Positions 1 to 10,367 of a DNA stretch of 64,000 nt are shown here, in pieces. The position numbers and the translations under genes are program-made. The stretch spans positions 7,066 to 71,065 of the forward strand of contig JAILKD010000036.1 in NCBI GenBank assembly GCA_024694145.1, read 5' to 3'. The stretch's first letter is position 1, and the number at the start of each line of letters is the position of its first letter. The notes beneath the pieces are model-generated. The model was not told where the DNA came from, searched no databases, and was given only the letters and a program-made list of their open reading frames with translations. The DNA comes from a bacterium (GTDB taxonomy: Bacteria > Bacillota_I > Bacilli_A > Acholeplasmatales > JAEDCM01).

Positions 1-560
1 TTATAACAATCATCTAATCTTTCTAAATCTCTAATTAACATATTCGCATAAGCTAATAATTGGTGAGATAATAATATTGGTTGTGCTCTTTGAAGATGAG
101 TATAACCTGGCATAATTAAATCAATATTTTGTTTTGAAACAAATAATATTTCCTTAATTAAGCTTTTAACAAGATTCTTTATTTCAAGTATTTCTTTTTT
201 AGTATACATTCTAAAATCTAAAGCTACTTGATCGTTTCTACTACGTGCTGTATGAAGTTTCTTACCAACTAAACCAATTCTTTTTGTAAGTTGTTCTTCA
301 ACAAACATATGAATATCTTCAGCTTCATAGTCTATTTCAAGTTTTCCACTTTCAATATCACTTAAGATTTCTTCTAGCGTTTTAATAATTAAATCAGATT
401 CATCACTTGTAATAATACCACACTTACCTAGCATAAAAGCATGAGCCATTGAGCCAGTGATATCTTCTTTATACATACGAGAATCAACTCTAATAGATGA
501 ATTAAAATCATTTACTTCTTTATTTTCTTCTTTACTAAATCTTCCGGCCCACATTTTCAT
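1..560 (-). CDS. argH: argininosuccinate lyase, 5' portion (gene runs off the window start)
   Basis: Absent from the ORF track because no stop lies in the window. Minus-strand ATG at 558-560 is preceded by GGAGG. Translation MKMWAGRFSKE...GKKLHTARSRNDQVALDFRM...PGYTHLQRAQP shows fumarate-lyase/ASL signatures. Lies directly downstream of argG. Confidence 0.9.
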   Translation of the reverse strand, partial: MKMWAGRFSKEENKEVNDFNSSIRVDSRMYKEDITGSMAHAFMLGKCGIITSDESDLIIKTLEEILSDIESGKLEIDYEAEDIHMFVEEQLTKRIGLVGKKLHTARSRNDQVALDFRMYTKKEILEIKNLVKSLIKEILFVSKQNIDLIMPGYTHLQRAQPILLSHQLLAYANMLIRDLERLDDCY

Positions 561-619
561 ATGTCATACCTCCTACTTTTATGCTAAATAAGCCCAGTAT
601 TTGACTGGGCATATTTAAT

Positions 620-1837
620 TTATTTTAATTTCTTTTGATTTAATAATGCCTTAACCTTAATTGGTAGACCATATAGGTTAATGAATCCTGCAGAATCTGC
701 TTGATCATAAACATCATCTTCACCAAATGTAGCTACTTCTTCACTATATAATGAATATGGGCTAGTTATGCTAGAAGGAATGATATTTCCTTTGTATAGT
801 TTAACTTTTACACTACCAGTAACTGTTTCTTGAGTCTTATCAACGAATGCTGATAGAGCTTCTCTAAGTGGTGTAAACCATTTTCCGTTATATACTAATT
901 CAGCGAATTCAATAGCAATTCTTTGTTTGAAATGTTGAGTATCTCTTTCAAGAGTAATAGATTCAAGTAATTCATGTGCTTCATAGATGATAGCTCCACC
1001 TGGAGTTTCATAAACACCACGGCTCTTCATACCTACTAATCTATTTTCGACCATATCAACTAAACCGATACCGTTATCTCCACCAAGTTTATTTAATTTT
1101 TTAACAAGTTCAGTAGCACTCATTTTTACACCATCAAGTCCAACTGGTTTACCTTTTTCAAAATCAATTGTTACATATGTAGGAGTATCTGGTGCTTTCC
1201 AAGGTGATACACCCATTTCTAGAATCTTATCATATTGAGGTTCATTTTTAGGACTTTCAAGATCTAATCCTTCATGTGATAAGTGCCAAATATTCTTATC
1301 CTTTGAATAGTTAGTTTCTCTATTTATCTTAAGAGGAATATTGTGTGCAATAGCATAATCAATTTCTTCATCACGACTCTTGAATTCCCAGAATCTCCAA
1401 GGTGCAATAATTTGCATTTCAGGCGCAAATGCTTTAATAGCTAATTCAAAACGTACTTGGTCATTACCTTTACCTGTACATCCATGACAAATAGCATCGC
1501 ATCCTTCTTTTTTAGCAATTTCTACAACTCTTTTTGCGATGATAGGACGAGCAAATGAAGTACCTAACATATATTTGTTTTCATACTTTGCTCCTGCTTT
1601 AACTGTTTCAAATACATAATCAGTTAAGAATTCTTCTGTTAAATCTTCAATATAGATTTTAGAAGCTCCTGTTTTAATTGCTTTTTCTTCTAGCCCTTCA
1701 AGTTCATCAGATTGACCACAGTTACCACAAATAGCAATAACTTCACATCCATAATGATCCTTTAACCAAGGAATGATAATTGAAGTATCAAGTCCACCAG
1801 AATAAGCTAAAGCAACTTTTTTAAATTTCTTTTCCAT
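620..1837 (-). CDS. argG: argininosuccinate synthase
   Basis: Contains the [15 protein letters not shown]-loop and [13 protein letters not shown]. Start moved to ATG 1837 because the ORF-track start at 1852 sits inside its own GGAGG ribosome-binding site. Confidence 0.95.
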   Translation of the reverse strand: MEKKFKKVALAYSGGLDTSIIIPWLKDHYGCEVIAICGNCGQSDELEGLEEKAIKTGASKIYIEDLTEEFLTDYVFETVKAGAKYENKYMLGTSFARPIIAKRVVEIAKKEGCDAICHGCTGKGNDQVRFELAIKAFAPEMQIIAPWRFWEFKSRDEEIDYAIAHNIPLKINRETNYSKDKNIWHLSHEGLDLESPKNEPQYDKILEMGVSPWKAPDTPTYVTIDFEKGKPVGLDGVKMSATELVKKLNKLGGDNGIGLVDMVENRLVGMKSRGVYETPGGAIIYEAHELLESITLERDTQHFKQRIAIEFAELVYNGKWFTPLREALSAFVDKTQETVTGSVKVKLYKGNIIPSSITSPYSLYSEEVATFGEDDVYDQADSAGFINLYGLPIKVKALLNQKKLK

Positions 1838-1871
1838 AATTTTATCCTCCAAATTTTTATTTTATTTATAA

Positions 1872-1899
1872 CAAAAAGAAAAGAGCCATCAAGGCTCTT
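1872..1899 (-). terminator. terminator-like hairpin immediately upstream of the argG RBS (possible attenuator)
   Basis: Minus strand reads AAGAGCC-TTGAT-GGCTCTT followed by TTCTTTTTG. It lies between the promoter and the argG start. Confidence 0.5.
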
Positions 1900-1959
1900 A
1901 TTTAACAATATACTCATACACCAGAATGATGGTGTAATCTTTGCTAATATCAAGATGCC

Positions 1960-1990
1960 TTGAAAAAGAAAAAACCACACCAAGTGGTTT
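1960..1990 (-). terminator. first terminator-like hairpin in the argG leader
   Basis: Minus strand reads AAACCAC-TTGGT-GTGGTTT followed by TTTCTTTTT. It lies about 100 nt downstream of the predicted promoter. Confidence 0.5.
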
Positions 1991-2068
1991 ATTGTTGTAA
2001 TATGCTCATGCATCACACTGTTGCAATCTTTACAAAACTCACTTGGACTTTTCTCAAGTTATACATAC

Positions 2069-2097
2069 ATTGTAAAGTATTAATCGCCATATGTCAA
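2069..2097 (-). promoter_or_regulatory. sigma-70-type promoter for the argG leader
   Basis: Minus strand has TTGACA (2097-2092), a 17-nt spacer and TACAAT (2074-2069). Confidence 0.55.
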
Positions 2098-2172
2098 CAT
2101 TTTTTTATATTTTATTATTAGATAGCGTTTTCAAAGTTGTTAATTAATGTTATAATTAATTAGGTGATTAAA

Positions 2173-2982
2173 ATGAAGCTAGAAATTATAGAGCCAATTG
2201 GTCTATGTAATAGTGCATCTAAACTGTTAGATACCATTAATAAAAACATAGATAAATATCTAAATATTTATATCGTTGGAGAAATATTACACAACGAATA
2301 CATTATAAATGATTTGAGCAATAAGGGTGTAAGATTTGTTAAAGATATTAAAAACATTGAAATGAATAAATATACTTTAGTAATATTTCCAGCACATGGA
2401 ACAGCTCCATCTGTTTATAATAAAATGCAAAAGCATAAATATTTAGATCTAACATGTCCTAAAATTGTAAATATACATATCTTTATTCAAAATAATAGCG
2501 ATAGAGATATTCTGTTTATGGGTAAAAAAGGACATTCTGAAGTTGTTGCAGTAAAAGAATATAAAAATGTTAAAGTGTTATACAACTTAGAAGATATTGA
2601 AAAATTAGGAGAGCTTAATAATCCTGTATTAATGTGTCAAACAACTTTTAACGAAAAGATATTTAATGATGCTTCAATTATTCTAAAAGAAAAATATCCA
2701 AACATATTAATAAAAAATACATTATGTAATATTCCATTAGATAGAATAAAAAATATTAATGCAACAGACTGTGATTTGCTTCTTGTTATTGGTTCTAAGA
2801 CATCTAGTAATGCAAACGAGATAAAAAATTCTAAACCAAACTCAATGATTATAAGTCAAAAATCAGACTTAGATATTAATGAGTTACTTAAATATGATAA
2901 AGTAGCTATCGCTTCTGCATCATCAACTCCTATTGAGCAAGTAAATATAATTGTTGGAGCAATTAAAAACGCCACTAAGTAA
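2173..2982 (+). CDS. ispH: 4-hydroxy-3-methylbut-2-enyl diphosphate reductase (IspH/LytB family, divergent)
   Basis: The three cluster cysteines are in IspH context (GLCNSA, DLTCPKIV, TLCNIP), with HN, AHG, GHSEV, CQTT and GSKTSSNANE motifs. ATG 2173 follows AGGTGA, and the ORF-track GTG at 2164 lies inside that RBS. Confidence 0.7.
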   Translation: MKLEIIEPIGLCNSASKLLDTINKNIDKYLNIYIVGEILHNEYIINDLSNKGVRFVKDIKNIEMNKYTLVIFPAHGTAPSVYNKMQKHKYLDLTCPKIVNIHIFIQNNSDRDILFMGKKGHSEVVAVKEYKNVKVLYNLEDIEKLGELNNPVLMCQTTFNEKIFNDASIILKEKYPNILIKNTLCNIPLDRIKNINATDCDLLLVIGSKTSSNANEIKNSKPNSMIISQKSDLDINELLKYDKVAIASASSTPIEQVNIIVGAIKNATK

Positions 2983-2995
2983 TGGCGTTTTATTT
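2968..2995. terminator. hairpin between convergent ispH and GH26 genes
   Basis: AACGCCA-N8-TGGCGTT followed by TTATTT on the plus strand, spanning the ispH stop codon. Confidence 0.5.
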
Positions 2996-3929
2996 ATGCT
3001 TTTATTGAATATTTACTATTAAACATTTTCTTAAGTTCTTCTTTTGTGTTATACTTTTCAGTTAGAATAAATTCTTTACTCCATAGCATATAATAAATAA
3101 AAGGGAAATTAGCTTTTTCTAATAATGTAATATCAGGAATTACTCCACATTCAGCTAAAGCAACTAATTTATTTTTAGTTGTTTTATTTATTAATTCGTT
3201 AATCTCATTAAAATAATTAGTTTTTTCGTGTGGTTCTGTATATACATCAACAGATATAATATCAACATATTCATCACCAGGATAACTATTAACAGCATTC
3301 CATACCCAAATGATATTATTAAAACCTCTTTCAAAAGTAAAATATTTATAAGTCATAATATATAATTCTTTTGCAACATCTGCACCATATCTACCCCACC
3401 AAAACCATTTGCCATCAGATTCATGAAATGGTCTAAATAAAAATGGTTTATTTTTTTCTTTAAAAGGTGTAAGTAAAATAGCCATATGCTTTAGTTCATT
3501 CATAAATGCATTATATTCAGCAGTTGAATTATCTAATATTTTTCTTGGATCAAATTCTGTTTTCTCTGCATAAAAACTCTTACCTAAGCCATATAGTGGA
3601 GAAAACATATGCCAAGTAAAAGTAATTATTCTATCATCTTTTAAAGCAACTTCAATAGTATTTAAATTCTCTTTTACTTCATCTAGGCATATAGAATCAC
3701 TATCTTTATTGATATTTAGAGAGTATCCAAGAAGCTCATAACCAATTAGCTTTGGAAGCTTATTAGTCACTCTTTTAATATATTTTAATTCTTCTTGTTT
3801 TACTGTTTGTGTGTGTTGTCCAGTTATAACATATTTGTTTTTAATTTCACAAAAATAATTTAGCAAATCACATACCTCACTAATTGCATTTTTATTAGAA
3901 GGTAAGTATTTGTTATTTTCTAAAAACAT
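2994..3929 (-). CDS. glycoside hydrolase family 26-like protein (mannanase family), no signal peptide
   Basis: FRPFHESDGKWFWWG matches the GH26 RPxHExNGxWFWWG signature. Start set to ATG 3929 (GGGGGAA RBS upstream); the ORF-track start is a TTG inside that RBS. Lies 21 nt downstream of the his operon. Confidence 0.65.
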   Translation of the reverse strand: MFLENNKYLPSNKNAISEVCDLLNYFCEIKNKYVITGQHTQTVKQEELKYIKRVTNKLPKLIGYELLGYSLNINKDSDSICLDEVKENLNTIEVALKDDRIITFTWHMFSPLYGLGKSFYAEKTEFDPRKILDNSTAEYNAFMNELKHMAILLTPFKEKNKPFLFRPFHESDGKWFWWGRYGADVAKELYIMTYKYFTFERGFNNIIWVWNAVNSYPGDEYVDIISVDVYTEPHEKTNYFNEINELINKTTKNKLVALAECGVIPDITLLEKANFPFIYYMLWSKEFILTEKYNTKEELKKMFNSKYSIKA

Positions 3930-3950
3930 AATTAATTCCCCCAAATTAAT

Positions 3951-4778
3951 TTATTTTTTAAATTCTACAAAATCACATAAATTTAAATCAAATTGTTTTG
4001 CAAATTCAATTGCTTTTTCTACAGCAAAATAGCCTAGTGCTTCTGGCTTATGCGCATCAGCTCCAATTACTACTTTTGCTTTTGTACCACTAACTAAATT
4101 CCAAAATTCTTCTCTAGGATATAAGTATTGATTCTTTCCACTATCAGTACGTCTAGCGCCTTTTGCAATACCATTAGCATTTATTTCAAGGTAAACATCA
4201 TTTTTAATTGCTGCATCAATTATTCTTTTGCTACATATTTCAGCAGTTTTATCAAATACTCTATGACCATTTTCCCCATTATAATTCATCAAGAATAAAT
4301 CCGGATGAGCAAATATAGTATATAATCCTGATTCCATTGCTTCTATAACTATATCAGTATATACTTCAGCAAGTCTAGGAGTAAAAGGATCATAAGGAGA
4401 ATAATTAGAGCCCTTATAGTTAAAGAAATGTTCTCCTAAAATTAAGTAGTCAACTTTTTTTCTAAGCTTAACAAAATAATCCTTAAATTCAGGAAAATAT
4501 TCTGTTTCAAGCCCTAAATAAATCTTTATATCAGACCTTTTCTTGGCTTCTAGTACTTTTGGTACATAATTATTATCAAATTCATCATCAGTCATTATTT
4601 CTTCTAGAAAGTTATGACGATATTCATCAGCACTCATAAAGTATTCAGGAGTATGTGCATGATCACTCATACCTAATTCCTTAAAGCCTAAACGAACTGC
4701 TTCATTAACATAATCATCTACATCTCCAGTAGCATGACCGCATAAATATGTATGAGTATGATAATTTGCTTTTAGCAT
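3951..4778 (-). CDS. hisK: histidinol-phosphatase, PHP family
   Basis: N-terminal YHTHTYLCGHA PHP metal motif with later HPD and DAH motifs. It is the last gene of the his operon, and HisB here is IGPD-only. Confidence 0.8.
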   Translation of the reverse strand: MLKANYHTHTYLCGHATGDVDDYVNEAVRLGFKELGMSDHAHTPEYFMSADEYRHNFLEEIMTDDEFDNNYVPKVLEAKKRSDIKIYLGLETEYFPEFKDYFVKLRKKVDYLILGEHFFNYKGSNYSPYDPFTPRLAEVYTDIVIEAMESGLYTIFAHPDLFLMNYNGENGHRVFDKTAEICSKRIIDAAIKNDVYLEINANGIAKGARRTDSGKNQYLYPREEFWNLVSGTKAKVVIGADAHKPEALGYFAVEKAIEFAKQFDLNLCDFVEFKK

Positions 4779-4783
4779 AATTA

Positions 4784-5425
4784 TTACCTCTTTTCTAATT
4801 CTGTTTTAATTTCATCCCAACTTATACCAAGTTCTACCATTAATACAGTTAAGTGATACATTAAATCACTAACTTCATAAATTACATCATCTCTATTAGT
4901 TTTAGCAGCAATAATTGTTTCGCATGCTTCTTCACCAAACTTCTTTAAGATTTTATTAATTCCTTCTTTAAATAAGTAGTTTGTATAAGATCCTTCTTTT
5001 GGATTTTCTTTTCTATCTTTAATAATATTTTCTAAGTTTACTAAAAATGAAGTATCTTTAGAGATTTCTTTAACAATATTTTTGCTTTCAGTTATTTCAA
5101 TATTTCTATAGAAACAAGTAACATTACCTGTATGGCAACTAATACCACCTTTTTGTTCTATTTGAATTAATAAAGTATCAGCATCACAGTCAACACTCAT
5201 TCCTTTTAAATATTGGAAGTGTCCACTTTCTTCACCCTTTAACCAAAGCTTGTTTCTACTTCTAGAATAGTAATAAACATTACCAGTTTCTAAAGTCTTT
5301 TCTAAAGCTTCTTTATTCATATAAGCAAGCATTCTAACATGTTTAGAATGATAGTCTTGAGCAATTACTGGAATTAATCCAAACTTATCAAATTGTACTA
5401 TTTTTAATAATTCATCTTTTGTCAT
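4784..5425 (-). CDS. hisI: bifunctional phosphoribosyl-AMP cyclohydrolase / phosphoribosyl-ATP pyrophosphatase
   Basis: HisI block ([30 protein letters not shown]) is followed by a HisE block (SYTNYLF...EEACE...SDLMYH). Confidence 0.9.
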   Translation of the reverse strand: MTKDELLKIVQFDKFGLIPVIAQDYHSKHVRMLAYMNKEALEKTLETGNVYYYSRSRNKLWLKGEESGHFQYLKGMSVDCDADTLLIQIEQKGGISCHTGNVTCFYRNIEITESKNIVKEISKDTSFLVNLENIIKDRKENPKEGSYTNYLFKEGINKILKKFGEEACETIIAAKTNRDDVIYEVSDLMYHLTVLMVELGISWDEIKTELEKR

Positions 5426-5426
5426 A

Positions 5427-6179
5427 TTAAACTCTCCTTACTGGTATATTTTTACTTTCTAAAAAATCTTTTAAATCATTAATTTCTATTTCTTTAAAAT
5501 GGAATAGCGAAGCAGCAAGTGCTGCATCAGCATATTCTAATATTTCACTAAAATCTTCCATTTTACCTGCACCACCTGATGCAATTACTGGAATATTTAC
5601 AGCTTCACATACTCGTTTTGTAAGTTCAACGTCATATCCACTTTTTGTTCCATCTTTATCCATTGATGTTAATAAAATCTCTCCAGCTCCCCTTTTTTCA
5701 GCTTCCTTTGCCCATTCGATAGCATCAATATCAGTACGAACTCTACCTCCATTAATGTATACCTTAAAAGAGTTGCCTTCTCTTTTAGCATCTATTGCTA
5801 CAACGATGCATTGATTACCAAACATCTTTGCACCTTCATTAATTAAATCTGGATTTTTTATAGCACTTGAATTAATAGATATTTTATCTGCACCAGCTTG
5901 TAGTATTTCTCTCATATCACTAGTGGTTCTAATTCCACCACCAACAGTAAAAGGAATAAATACTTTTTTTGCTGTATTTCTAACAACATCTATTATTGTT
6001 TTTCTATTATCGCTACTAGCAGTAATATCTAGAAAAACTAATTCATCAGCATTTAAATCAGAATATATTTTAGCACATTCAACAGGATCACCTGCATCTA
6101 TTAAATTTATAAAATTAATACCCTTTACAACTCTACCATCTTTTACATCTAAGCATGGTATTATTCTTTTAGTTAGCAT
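5427..6179 (-). CDS. hisF: imidazole glycerol phosphate synthase cyclase subunit
   Basis: [20 protein letters not shown]... and [15 protein letters not shown]. Start taken at the MLTKR methionine, overlapping the hisA end. Confidence 0.95.
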   Translation of the reverse strand: MLTKRIIPCLDVKDGRVVKGINFINLIDAGDPVECAKIYSDLNADELVFLDITASSDNRKTIIDVVRNTAKKVFIPFTVGGGIRTTSDMREILQAGADKISINSSAIKNPDLINEGAKMFGNQCIVVAIDAKREGNSFKVYINGGRVRTDIDAIEWAKEAEKRGAGEILLTSMDKDGTKSGYDVELTKRVCEAVNIPVIASGGAGKMEDFSEILEYADAALAASLFHFKEIEINDLKDFLESKNIPVRRV

Positions 6180-6879
6180 TTTCAATTGCCTCACTTATAT
6201 CTATTTTTCCAATATAATATGCTTTGCCAATAATAGCTCCTGCACATCCTATTTTTTTACAATTAATCACATCACTAATTGATGAAACTCCACCAGATGC
6301 AATTATATTTAATTTTGAAGGTATTAATTTTTTAAGTTCTTCTATATTAGTTCCTTCCATCATTCCATCTTTAGATATATCTGTATATATTACATTTAAT
6401 CCACCAAAGTCTTTAAATATATTTAACATATCCAAATCTTTCATTTTTGAATTTTCTAACCATCCATGAACAGAAACATAACCATTTTTGCAGTCTAAGC
6501 CAAGTACTATTTTATCCTTGCCATATTTTTTAATTGCTTCTTTTAAGAAGTTTTGATCCTTTACAGCAATACTACCAAGTATTACTCTTCTTACACCAAG
6601 TCCAAGTAATAAATCAATATCATCAAAACTACGGATACCTCCTCCTATTTCAATAGGAATATTATTTTCACATAGTTTTTTAATAACATCAATATTTACT
6701 ATATGACCAGCCTTAGCACCATCTAGATCAACTACATGAACTAGCATTGCTCCAGATTTAACAAAGCCTAAAGCCACTTCAACTGCATTATCGTTATATA
6801 TAGTTTTTTGTGCATAATCACCTTGAATAAGTCTTACGCATTTTCCATCGATTAAATCGATTGCAGGAATTATTTCCAT
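6169..6879 (-). CDS. hisA: ProFAR isomerase
   Basis: [15 protein letters not shown] and GGGIRS motifs. Sits in the his operon with a 1-nt overlap to hisH. Confidence 0.95.
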   Translation of the reverse strand: MEIIPAIDLIDGKCVRLIQGDYAQKTIYNDNAVEVALGFVKSGAMLVHVVDLDGAKAGHIVNIDVIKKLCENNIPIEIGGGIRSFDDIDLLLGLGVRRVILGSIAVKDQNFLKEAIKKYGKDKIVLGLDCKNGYVSVHGWLENSKMKDLDMLNIFKDFGGLNVIYTDISKDGMMEGTNIEELKKLIPSKLNIIASGGVSSISDVINCKKIGCAGAIIGKAYYIGKIDISEAIENAN

Positions 6880-7478
6880 TATAAATCACCAAAATTCTTT
6901 AATATTTTTAAACCAACATCTCCTGATTTTTCAGGATGAAATTGTGTAGCAAATATATTTTTATATTCTACAGCACAACTAAATTCATATCCATAAGTAG
7001 TTTTTGTTAATAAATAATCTTTATTATCTGTAACTAAATGGTATGAATGTACAAAATAAACATAAGGATTATCTAATCCTTTAAATAATTTAGTATTACT
7101 AGCAATATTTAAATTATTCCATCCCATATGAGGTATTTTTAAGCCGTTTTCTTTAAAATGAATTATATTACCATCAAGTATATTAAGTCCTTTAGTTAAG
7201 CCATATTCTTCGCTTGATGAGAATAATAATTGCATACCTAAACAAATACCTAAAATAGGTTTACCTTTTTTTACTTCATCAATAATTACTTTATCTAGTC
7301 CTAATTCTTTTAAGTTATCCATTGCTTTTTTAAAAGCACCAACGCCAGGTAATATTAATTTATCTGCACTTTTAATAAGATTAATATCACTTGTTATTAC
7401 TGAATCAATGTTTAAGGAATCTAGGGCATTTTTAACGCTACCTAGATTCCCCATTTTATAATCAATTATCGCAATCAT
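6879..7478 (-). CDS. hisH: imidazole glycerol phosphate synthase glutaminase subunit
   Basis: Class-I glutamine amidotransferase motifs GICLGMQLL and HSY...FHPEKS. Confidence 0.95.
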   Translation of the reverse strand: MIAIIDYKMGNLGSVKNALDSLNIDSVITSDINLIKSADKLILPGVGAFKKAMDNLKELGLDKVIIDEVKKGKPILGICLGMQLLFSSSEEYGLTKGLNILDGNIIHFKENGLKIPHMGWNNLNIASNTKLFKGLDNPYVYFVHSYHLVTDNKDYLLTKTTYGYEFSCAVEYKNIFATQFHPEKSGDVGLKILKNFGDL

Positions 7479-8059
7479 TATAATACACCTTTACTTGTAG
7501 GAAGTCCAAAACGTGGATTAATAGATACAGCTTCCATTAGTGCTCTAGCAAATGCTTTAAATGTACCTTCAACCATGTGATGGTTATTAGTTCCACGTAA
7601 AATAATAGTTTGAATGTTAAATCCAGCATTATTAGCTAAAGCTATAAAGAATTCTTTTACCATTTCAGTTTGGAATTCACCTAACATTTTAGTAGTAAAT
7701 GGATCATCAATATTTGCATATGGTCTATTTGAAATATCAATAGCACATAAAACTAGTGTTTCATCCATTGGTATAATTGCTTTACCATATCTAGTAATAC
7801 CTAATTTATCGCCTAGTGCTTCTTTTAAAGCTAAACCTAAAGCAATACCTACATCTTCAATTAAGTGGTGACAATCAACTCCAATATCACCTTTAGCTTT
7901 AATATTTAAATCAATTAATCCATGAGTAGATATTTGTGTAAGCATATGATCAAAAAATTCAACTCCTGTATTAATATTACAAACACCTTTACCATCAAGA
8001 TTAATACTTAATTTGATTTGAGTTTCTTTTGTATTTCTTTCTAAAGTAGCTTCTCTCAT
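7478..8059 (-). CDS. hisB: imidazoleglycerol-phosphate dehydratase (monofunctional)
   Basis: RNTKETQI, FFDHML, DCHHLIED and NNHHMVE motifs. At 193 aa there is no phosphatase domain. Confidence 0.95.
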   Translation of the reverse strand: MREATLERNTKETQIKLSINLDGKGVCNINTGVEFFDHMLTQISTHGLIDLNIKAKGDIGVDCHHLIEDVGIALGLALKEALGDKLGITRYGKAIIPMDETLVLCAIDISNRPYANIDDPFTTKMLGEFQTEMVKEFFIALANNAGFNIQTIILRGTNNHHMVEGTFKAFARALMEAVSINPRFGLPTSKGVL

Positions 8060-9087
8060 TATAATGCCTCCTTTATTTTATTAATCAAAATACTATTTTC
8101 TTCACTAGTACCCGTATTTATTCTATACCATAATTCATTATTATACATTAGTTTTCTAATGTAAATTTTATTTTTCAATAAATTTTCATACACTTTATCA
8201 CTTAATTTTAAGAAAATAAAGTTTGAATAGCTTTTTGATGGATTTAACCCAAGATCAACTAAATCATTATATAATTTGTCTTTAAGGCTAACTATTTCAT
8301 CTATTTGGTCTTTATATAAAGCTTTATTTTCTATTGCAATTCCAGCAGCTATTTGAGATATAGTTGATAAGTTATATGGAGGTTTTACTACATTTAGTGT
8401 ATCAATTAAATCATAGCTAGAAATAGCATAACCAAGCCTAATTCCCGCTAAAGCATAAGCTTTTGAGAATGTTTTTAAGACAATTACATTATCATAAGTT
8501 AAAGCTAAATCATAATTAGATTTATAAAACTCAGAATATGCTTCATCTAATAATACAACACCTTTAGTTAGTTTAATAATATCAATTAAATCATTTCTTT
8601 CCATAATTGATCCTGTTGGATTATTTGGAGAGCAAATAATAACAAGTTTTGGATTATATTTAATAATACTCTCTTTAATAGTTTTAACATCATAACTAAA
8701 ACCATCTAAAAAATCTATATCTATAAACTTTCCATTAGTATAGCTTGCATATTCTTTATACATACTAAATGTAGGATTACAAGCTAATATGTATTCATCA
8801 TCTATCAAACTTCTAAAAATGCAATCAAGTAATTGATCTGAACCTACTCCGCAAGTTACATTTTTAATATCAATGTTATAACTTTTAGCAATTCTTTCTC
8901 TTACATATAAATTATCTGTATCAGGGTAACGTCTAAGATCTATATTATCTAATTCTTTTTTTAATAAATCTATTATTTTTTTAGGAGTTTTAAAAGCAGA
9001 TTCATTAGCGTTTAGAATTATACCATCATCTATCATTTTGCTATAGTAAGGAGTACGATTCTCTAACGCTTTTTTGATATATTTCAT
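8059..9087 (-). CDS. hisC: histidinol-phosphate aminotransferase
   Basis: Class-II aminotransferase pattern (NPNNPTG, TFSKAYALAGIRLGY with the PLP lysine) in his operon context. Confidence 0.9.
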   Translation of the reverse strand: MKYIKKALENRTPYYSKMIDDGIILNANESAFKTPKKIIDLLKKELDNIDLRRYPDTDNLYVRERIAKSYNIDIKNVTCGVGSDQLLDCIFRSLIDDEYILACNPTFSMYKEYASYTNGKFIDIDFLDGFSYDVKTIKESIIKYNPKLVIICSPNNPTGSIMERNDLIDIIKLTKGVVLLDEAYSEFYKSNYDLALTYDNVIVLKTFSKAYALAGIRLGYAISSYDLIDTLNVVKPPYNLSTISQIAAGIAIENKALYKDQIDEIVSLKDKLYNDLVDLGLNPSKSYSNFIFLKLSDKVYENLLKNKIYIRKLMYNNELWYRINTGTSEENSILINKIKEAL

Positions 9088-10367
9088 TATTTTTCCTCCA
9101 ATCTAACAGTTGCGGCTAAAGCATGTGCTGTTAAGCCTTCACTTTTAGCAAATACCTCTACATTCTTTCCAATTCTATTAAATGCTTCTTTATTAAATGA
9201 AATAATTGATGTTCTTTTTACGAAATCATATACAGATAGAGGTGAAAAGAATCTAGCTGTATGAATTGTTGGTAATACATGGTTAGGTCCAGCCATATAA
9301 TCTCCAAGAGATTCTGCGGCATAATTACCTAAGAATACTGCACCAGCATTTGTAATCTTATCAAGATAACTAAATGGCTCACTTACGGCTAATTCCAAAT
9401 GTTCTGGAGCAATATAATTTGATATTTCAACAGCTTCATTTATATCTTTTGTAATAATTATTCCACCATAATTATCTAGTGATTTTTTAATAATTTCTTT
9501 TCTTTCTAAGTTATTTGTATATAGATCAATTTGTTTAACAACTTTTTCAGCAAGTTCTTTTGAATTAGTTAGTAAAACACTTGAAGCTATTTCATCATGT
9601 TCTGCTTGACTTAATAAATCAGCAGCAACAAATTTATAATTTGCATATTCATCAGCAATAACTAAGATTTCTGATGGTCCAGCTACTGAATCAATTGAAA
9701 TTGATCCAAACATTTCTTTTTTAGCAAGTGCAACAAAAATATTACCAGGTCCAACAATCTTATCAACCTTAGGAATAATTTTTGTTCCTAAAGCCATTGC
9801 AGCGATTGCTTGTGCACCACCACACTTATATATATCTTTAATACCTAAAAGGTATGCTACAGCTAAAACTTCATTAGTTACTTTTCCTTCTTTATTACAT
9901 GGAGTACACATAATTATATTTTTAACTCCAGCAACCATTGCAGGAATAGCATCCATAAATGCAGTAGATGGATATGCTGCTTTCCCTCCTGGTACATATA
10001 GACCAACATATTCAAGTGGAGTTATCTTTTGTCCCAAGATTTCGCCATTTTCTTCATATGTCCATGTAGATTCTTTTTGATGTTCATGGAACTTCATAAT
10101 TCTAGTCATAGCTATTTTATAAGTTTCTTTTAATTCATCACTTATTGCATTATATCCAGCTAAAATTTCTTCTTCTGTTACTTTAATATTATTCTTATTA
10201 ATTAATGGCGAATCAAACTTATTTGTATATTCAATTAAAGCATCATCACCTTTTGTTTTAATATTATTAATAATATCTTTAACTATTGCAAGATACTTTG
10301 AATTATCATTACTTCCACGTTCATCAAGTTTCTTTAGTAATTCTTCTTTATTATCAAATATTCTCAT
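9087..10367 (-). CDS. hisD: histidinol dehydrogenase
   Basis: GGAQAIAAMALGT, SQAEHD and GDYMAGPNHVLPT motifs. Confidence 0.95.
   Translation of the reverse strand: MRIFDNKEELLKKLDERGSNDNSKYLAIVKDIINNIKTKGDDALIEYTNKFDSPLINKNNIKVTEEEILAGYNAISDELKETYKIAMTRIMKFHEHQKESTWTYEENGEILGQKITPLEYVGLYVPGGKAAYPSTAFMDAIPAMVAGVKNIIMCTPCNKEGKVTNEVLAVAYLLGIKDIYKCGGAQAIAAMALGTKIIPKVDKIVGPGNIFVALAKKEMFGSISIDSVAGPSEILVIADEYANYKFVAADLLSQAEHDEIASSVLLTNSKELAEKVVKQIDLYTNNLERKEIIKKSLDNYGGIIITKDINEAVEISNYIAPEHLELAVSEPFSYLDKITNAGAVFLGNYAAESLGDYMAGPNHVLPTIHTARFFSPLSVYDFVKRTSIISFNKEAFNRIGKNVEVFAKSEGLTAHALAATVRLEEK

Noticed and set aside
1807-2016. 69-aa minus-strand ORF spanning the argG leader.
   Set aside because: It has no RBS. 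It reads straight through two terminator hairpins and the argG RBS and start. Its hydrophobic, nonsense-like sequence fits better as non-coding leader RNA.
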